64,000 nt of DNA from a virus. The position numbers were made by a program, and so were the translations under genes. The DNA lies in IMG/VR virus record IMGVR_UViG_3300027702_000001; one strand, 5' to 3'. Positions 60,772 to 64,000 of the stretch are shown piece after piece; within the stretch, counting starts at the first letter, position 1, and each line of letters opens with the position of its first letter. Below the pieces are notes generated by a model, which was not told the origin of the DNA, did no database searches, and saw only the letters and a program-made list of their open reading frames with translations.

Positions 60772-62448
60772 TTAACGAATGTCGAATTGTCCTAGCATTC
60801 CACTATGGATTGTGCACTGGTAATACAGAGTAGCAGGTGCATCCATAGGAACTGTGAATGACTGAATGCCTGTATTTGAACCAGTAATACCTGTGGTATA
60901 TGCAGATCCACCTGATGCAGTTCTAATTGCTAGTGGATGTGCTCCCCCTGCTTGGTTGTGGAGATCATATGTAAATCCACGATAGAGAATAATAGTAGGA
61001 CTACTGCCTGCACCTGATGCAGGGAATCCTGGTCCAGATACTGTGTAACTGGAAGATCCAGCAGCAGTAAATCTGAATAGGATAGTAGGAGAGGGTTTAT
61101 GAATTGTGGCGTTATTATATCCCTTAATAATTGATGCACCTGCAGGAGCATTATTGATCTGAGATTGGAATCCTCCACCAATTTCATTGAAGGTAGTACC
61201 ATCGTTTGCAACTTCCAACTCACCATTGGTACCAACTCTCATTCTCTTGGTTCCAATTTTGATCTCAGAATCAGTAGGAAGTTCTAAGTTGTTAGAAGCA
61301 TCAAACTTTAGTTTCTTAGTTCCACCAGATCCGAAACGAATTTCTGCAGTATCTGGAACTTCAAGGTTACCACTTCCATCAAATTTGATTGATTTAGCAG
61401 CATCACCACCAAAGCGGATGTCAGTACCAGTAGGAAGATCCAAATTACCACTACTGTCCATAGCAATGACTTTCGTAGAGCCACTATCACCAAAACGAAT
61501 AGAACTGTTTGAAGGAAGTTCAAGGATTCCATCATCATCAAATTTAAGTTCTTTACCTGCAGCGAACTTCAGTGATTGTCCACCCAACTCAATGTTGCCT
61601 CCTTCATCCTCAGAAACCATACGGTTGTAGGATGTAATCTTGACAGCACTAGCGACAGACAACTCTTGTGACTGATCCGCACCTGCAGCAGTTGTAGTTA
61701 TATATCCACGTGCTCCACCATTCTCAGCAACGAAGGAAGCAAACTGAACAGTTGCCTTAGCACCAGTTGCATCCTCAATGTTGAGTTTAGTGCCAACTTT
61801 CATAGCATTGAAACGCAATCTAAACTTCTCTTCTTGAGTAGAATCTTCAGAAGCAAGTTTTGATGCAACGGTTCTAGTAGCACCAGTGTCAATACTATTA
61901 ACAGTATGCTCTTGTCTCTTTCTACGATTTAATTCTTGTGTTACTGTGTCAGTAGAAATACCAGTATCTCCCATCCAAATGGTAGATGTATCAAGGTACA
62001 GGTCTCTGAATTTCAGTGAGGGTGAACCTAGATCATAGGTTGCATCCGAGTTTGGTAGAAAATGAGTGTCGATAACAACGTTACCCGATCCGTTGTTAGA
62101 AAGATTAGTGATCGAAGAACCACCGCCTCCACCACCTTGTAGATCATCACCTGCTTGCCAACGAGCATTTGCCTCGTTCCACTTCAGAACTTGACCGTTA
62201 CTGACACCGCTAACATCAATATCGGTAAGATTAGAAACAGAAAGTTGACCTTCAGTGAATACTGAACCATTCCATTTTAGAACCTGATTAGTTGACGGAC
62301 TTCCGACACTAATTTGCAGGTTAGTATTGTCTCCAAGATAGGTGTATAACTCATTAATAACATTGTTGAGTTTAATAGCACCATCTCTTAGGGTATCACC
62401 AGTGCCATCGTTTGCCGATACACCAATGTTAAGATTTTGCTTAGCCAT
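60772..62448 (-). CDS. Baseplate/tail protein: gp9/gp10-type N-terminus, approx. 24-aa repeats, C-terminal cupredoxin-like domain; 558 aa
   Basis: MAKQNLNIG..ANDGTGDTLRDG..KLN; repeats of LELP...IRFG; HPL...LYYQCTIHSGM. Confidence 0.85.
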   Translation of the reverse strand: MAKQNLNIGVSANDGTGDTLRDGAIKLNNVINELYTYLGDNTNLQISVGSPSTNQVLKWNGSVFTEGQLSVSNLTDIDVSGVSNGQVLKWNEANARWQAGDDLQGGGGGGSSITNLSNNGSGNVVIDTHFLPNSDATYDLGSPSLKFRDLYLDTSTIWMGDTGISTDTVTQELNRRKRQEHTVNSIDTGATRTVASKLASEDSTQEEKFRLRFNAMKVGTKLNIEDATGAKATVQFASFVAENGGARGYITTTAAGADQSQELSVASAVKITSYNRMVSEDEGGNIELGGQSLKFAAGKELKFDDDGILELPSNSSIRFGDSGSTKVIAMDSSGNLDLPTGTDIRFGGDAAKSIKFDGSGNLEVPDTAEIRFGSGGTKKLKFDASNNLELPTDSEIKIGTKRMRVGTNGELEVANDGTTFNEIGGGFQSQINNAPAGASIIKGYNNATIHKPSPTILFRFTAAGSSSYTVSGPGFPASGAGSSPTIILYRGFTYDLHNQAGGAHPLAIRTASGGSAYTTGITGSNTGIQSFTVPMDAPATLYYQCTIHSGMLGQFDIR

Positions 62449-62472
62449 AGCGGTGGGGTTTTTCTACAGTTT

Positions 62473-62479
62473 TATTTAT
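62473..62479 (-). promoter_or_regulatory. Late promoter ATAAATA
   Basis: Core late motif about 25 nt before the 62448 ATG. Confidence 0.65.
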
Positions 62480-64000
62480 GTGAGGTCGAACTCAAAATTA
62501 GTCAAGTCAAATCTAACGTTCGATGTAGTGAAGTCGGGATTATTATTATCCCTATCAAAAGGAACGGCGGTCATATCGTATCGTCCTACATTACTATCCC
62601 ATTTTAAAACACCTGATGTATCTGTACCACTAGTACCACCAGTGACCGTTAAGATACTCAGATTAGATGATAGGGGTGAGTTTACTGCCTGCTGAGATTC
62701 ACCAACAGGACCTATTAGCACCACTCTATATCTATAACCAGTCATATAAGATAGTGCTACTAAAGTGTAAGTATTTGAATTAGCACCAGTAATATTAGAC
62801 CAAGCAAACCCACCATCAGTAGAGACCTGCCACTGATAGTTTATAGTTCCTGCTTGAGGTTGGACTTCTGCTAGAACAGTGAATGTTTGTGATCCACCGT
62901 TAGCAATAGTTGCATTGGTCGGTTGACTATTAATAACAAGATTGGGTGGTTCAGTATCATCACCACCACCTGAATCTCCTCCTCCACTAGATGACTCTTG
63001 TTGGATACCTTGGTTTGCAGGAACATTAACCTGCTGTTTTGATACTAAACCAAAGATGAATGGAAATTTAGGTTCATAACTCATATCTGCGATCACAGTA
63101 CCGATCGCATTGTTCGCCATACCTGAGTGATTCAGGCAATAGTAATATAGATTTGCAGGTGCATCTTGAGGTACTGTAATTACAGTTTTAGCACCCGCCT
63201 GACCAGGAGTTCCAAAATATGTTACTCCTGAAGTGTATTCTGTACCTAGGTTCCAAGGTCCGTTCAAGGTTGCCGAGATACGAATATTGTGTGAAGCGTT
63301 TGAGGGATCTGACTGATCAAATGTATAGGTAGAACCTTTAGTAAAGGTTATGTCAGGATATAAAACGCCATCAAGTCTGTATTTGTTGCCATCATCTTCT
63401 GCAGAAACAGTGACAACATAAGTCTTATCATCCGAAAGATCGTCGTGAATCGACATAAAGTACGCAAAGGTACCATTCGGAAACTCGGGAGTATGACAAT
63501 AACGCCCGTTATATGCATCAAGATGTCTTCCATTTATATCAGCATTGTATTCATAGTCTTGAATAAATGCACCTTTAGGGTATGTTGAATCGTATGCAGG
63601 TCTATTGACAGCAATCTGATCACGCATCTTATACCCTGTGACCATAATTTTAACCGCTGATGTATTATCAGTCGGGTTATCATATCCATATGGTCCGTAA
63701 ATAGGATACCCATCAAAGCAAAAACCGATGATCTTAGAGTGACCATCAGGGTGACGCATATTGTCACTTTGAAATTGAGTAGAACCGTAGTAATCATTAT
63801 AATTTGACATTACCTGATTTGCTTTCCAGCAATTCAAGAGATGTGAATCACGATAATGATACTGTCCTGTGGTTTCAGGATAACCTCCACAGTTGTCTTC
63901 GCCAAAGTCAATAGCAGTGTTTGTTGCTGATCCAACCCAGTTAAAACCCTGTGGTGGACTGCCATCTGGACCACCTGAAGCATTATAGATAGCAACGCCA
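62476..64000 (-). CDS. YHYH-family + cupredoxin-like + Ig-like structural protein; 5' end outside the window
   Basis: The frame stays open to 64000 (GVAIYN...CGGYP..GQYHYR). It contains GFCFDGYPIYGPYG, LD.YNGR...TPEFP.G..AYF, YYYCLNHSGM and an Ig-like INSQP...YQWQVS segment. Confidence 0.85.
   Translation of the reverse strand, partial: GVAIYNASGGPDGSPPQGFNWVGSATNTAIDFGEDNCGGYPETTGQYHYRDSHLLNCWKANQVMSNYNDYYGSTQFQSDNMRHPDGHSKIIGFCFDGYPIYGPYGYDNPTDNTSAVKIMVTGYKMRDQIAVNRPAYDSTYPKGAFIQDYEYNADINGRHLDAYNGRYCHTPEFPNGTFAYFMSIHDDLSDDKTYVVTVSAEDDGNKYRLDGVLYPDITFTKGSTYTFDQSDPSNASHNIRISATLNGPWNLGTEYTSGVTYFGTPGQAGAKTVITVPQDAPANLYYYCLNHSGMANNAIGTVIADMSYEPKFPFIFGLVSKQQVNVPANQGIQQESSSGGGDSGGGDDTEPPNLVINSQPTNATIANGGSQTFTVLAEVQPQAGTINYQWQVSTDGGFAWSNITGANSNTYTLVALSYMTGYRYRVVLIGPVGESQQAVNSPLSSNLSILTVTGGTSGTDTSGVLKWDSNVGRYDMTAVPFDRDNNNPDFTTSNVRFDLTNFEFDLT

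Noticed and set aside
44764-60833. Numerous 60-200-aa alternate-frame and antisense ORFs within the large structural genes
   Set aside because: They are expected shadows of biased codon usage in long A/G/T/S-rich genes, with no independent signals.
1-64000. tRNA, rRNA or CRISPR array
   Set aside because: Intergenic gaps are short and accounted for by promoters, terminators or small ORFs. No cloverleaf or regularly spaced DNA repeats were seen; the repeats present are protein-coding.

Overview
The window is a segment of a T4-like marine cyanophage (cyanomyovirus) genome. The host assignment rests on pcyA, petE, a cobS-like ATPase, hsp20 and cyanophage-type core genes. Almost every gene lies on the minus strand. 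Reading from high to low coordinates, the order is: baseplate and tail-fibre genes (partial YHYH-domain protein, gp9-like protein, gp8, 2403-aa DUF4815/VrlC-like protein, 1972-aa fibre); neck gp13-14-15; terminase gp16 and gp17, split by an accessory island (basic head-internal-like proteins, petE, thermonuclease); gp18-19-20-21-22-23; gp3, uvsY, uvsW; late sigma gp55 coupled to pcyA; gp47 and gp46; a vWA-metallopeptidase/cobS-like pair; and clamp and loader gp45-44-62 with regA, interleaved with 2OG-Fe(II) oxygenase-like genes and two methyltransferases. The window ends with hsp20 and the 5' part of DNA polymerase gp43. The main anomaly is a roughly 3.9-kb, eight-gene cell-envelope island between regA and hsp20 (3449-7274). 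It holds the only credible plus-strand genes in the window: three exported proteins behind a late-promoter-like motif, one of which has an outer-membrane-type amphipathic beta-hairpin followed by a long helix. These converge on, and overlap, five minus-strand genes, four of which encode membrane proteins. Other points of interest are a near-consensus sigma70 promoter firing antisense towards uvsW, two -35-less promoters with a TGGCACAC box and an inverted repeat, and intact type-1 copper motifs on baseplate proteins. I found no tRNA, rRNA, CRISPR array, intein or intact homing endonuclease. All functional calls come from motif recognition by eye; no database searches were run.
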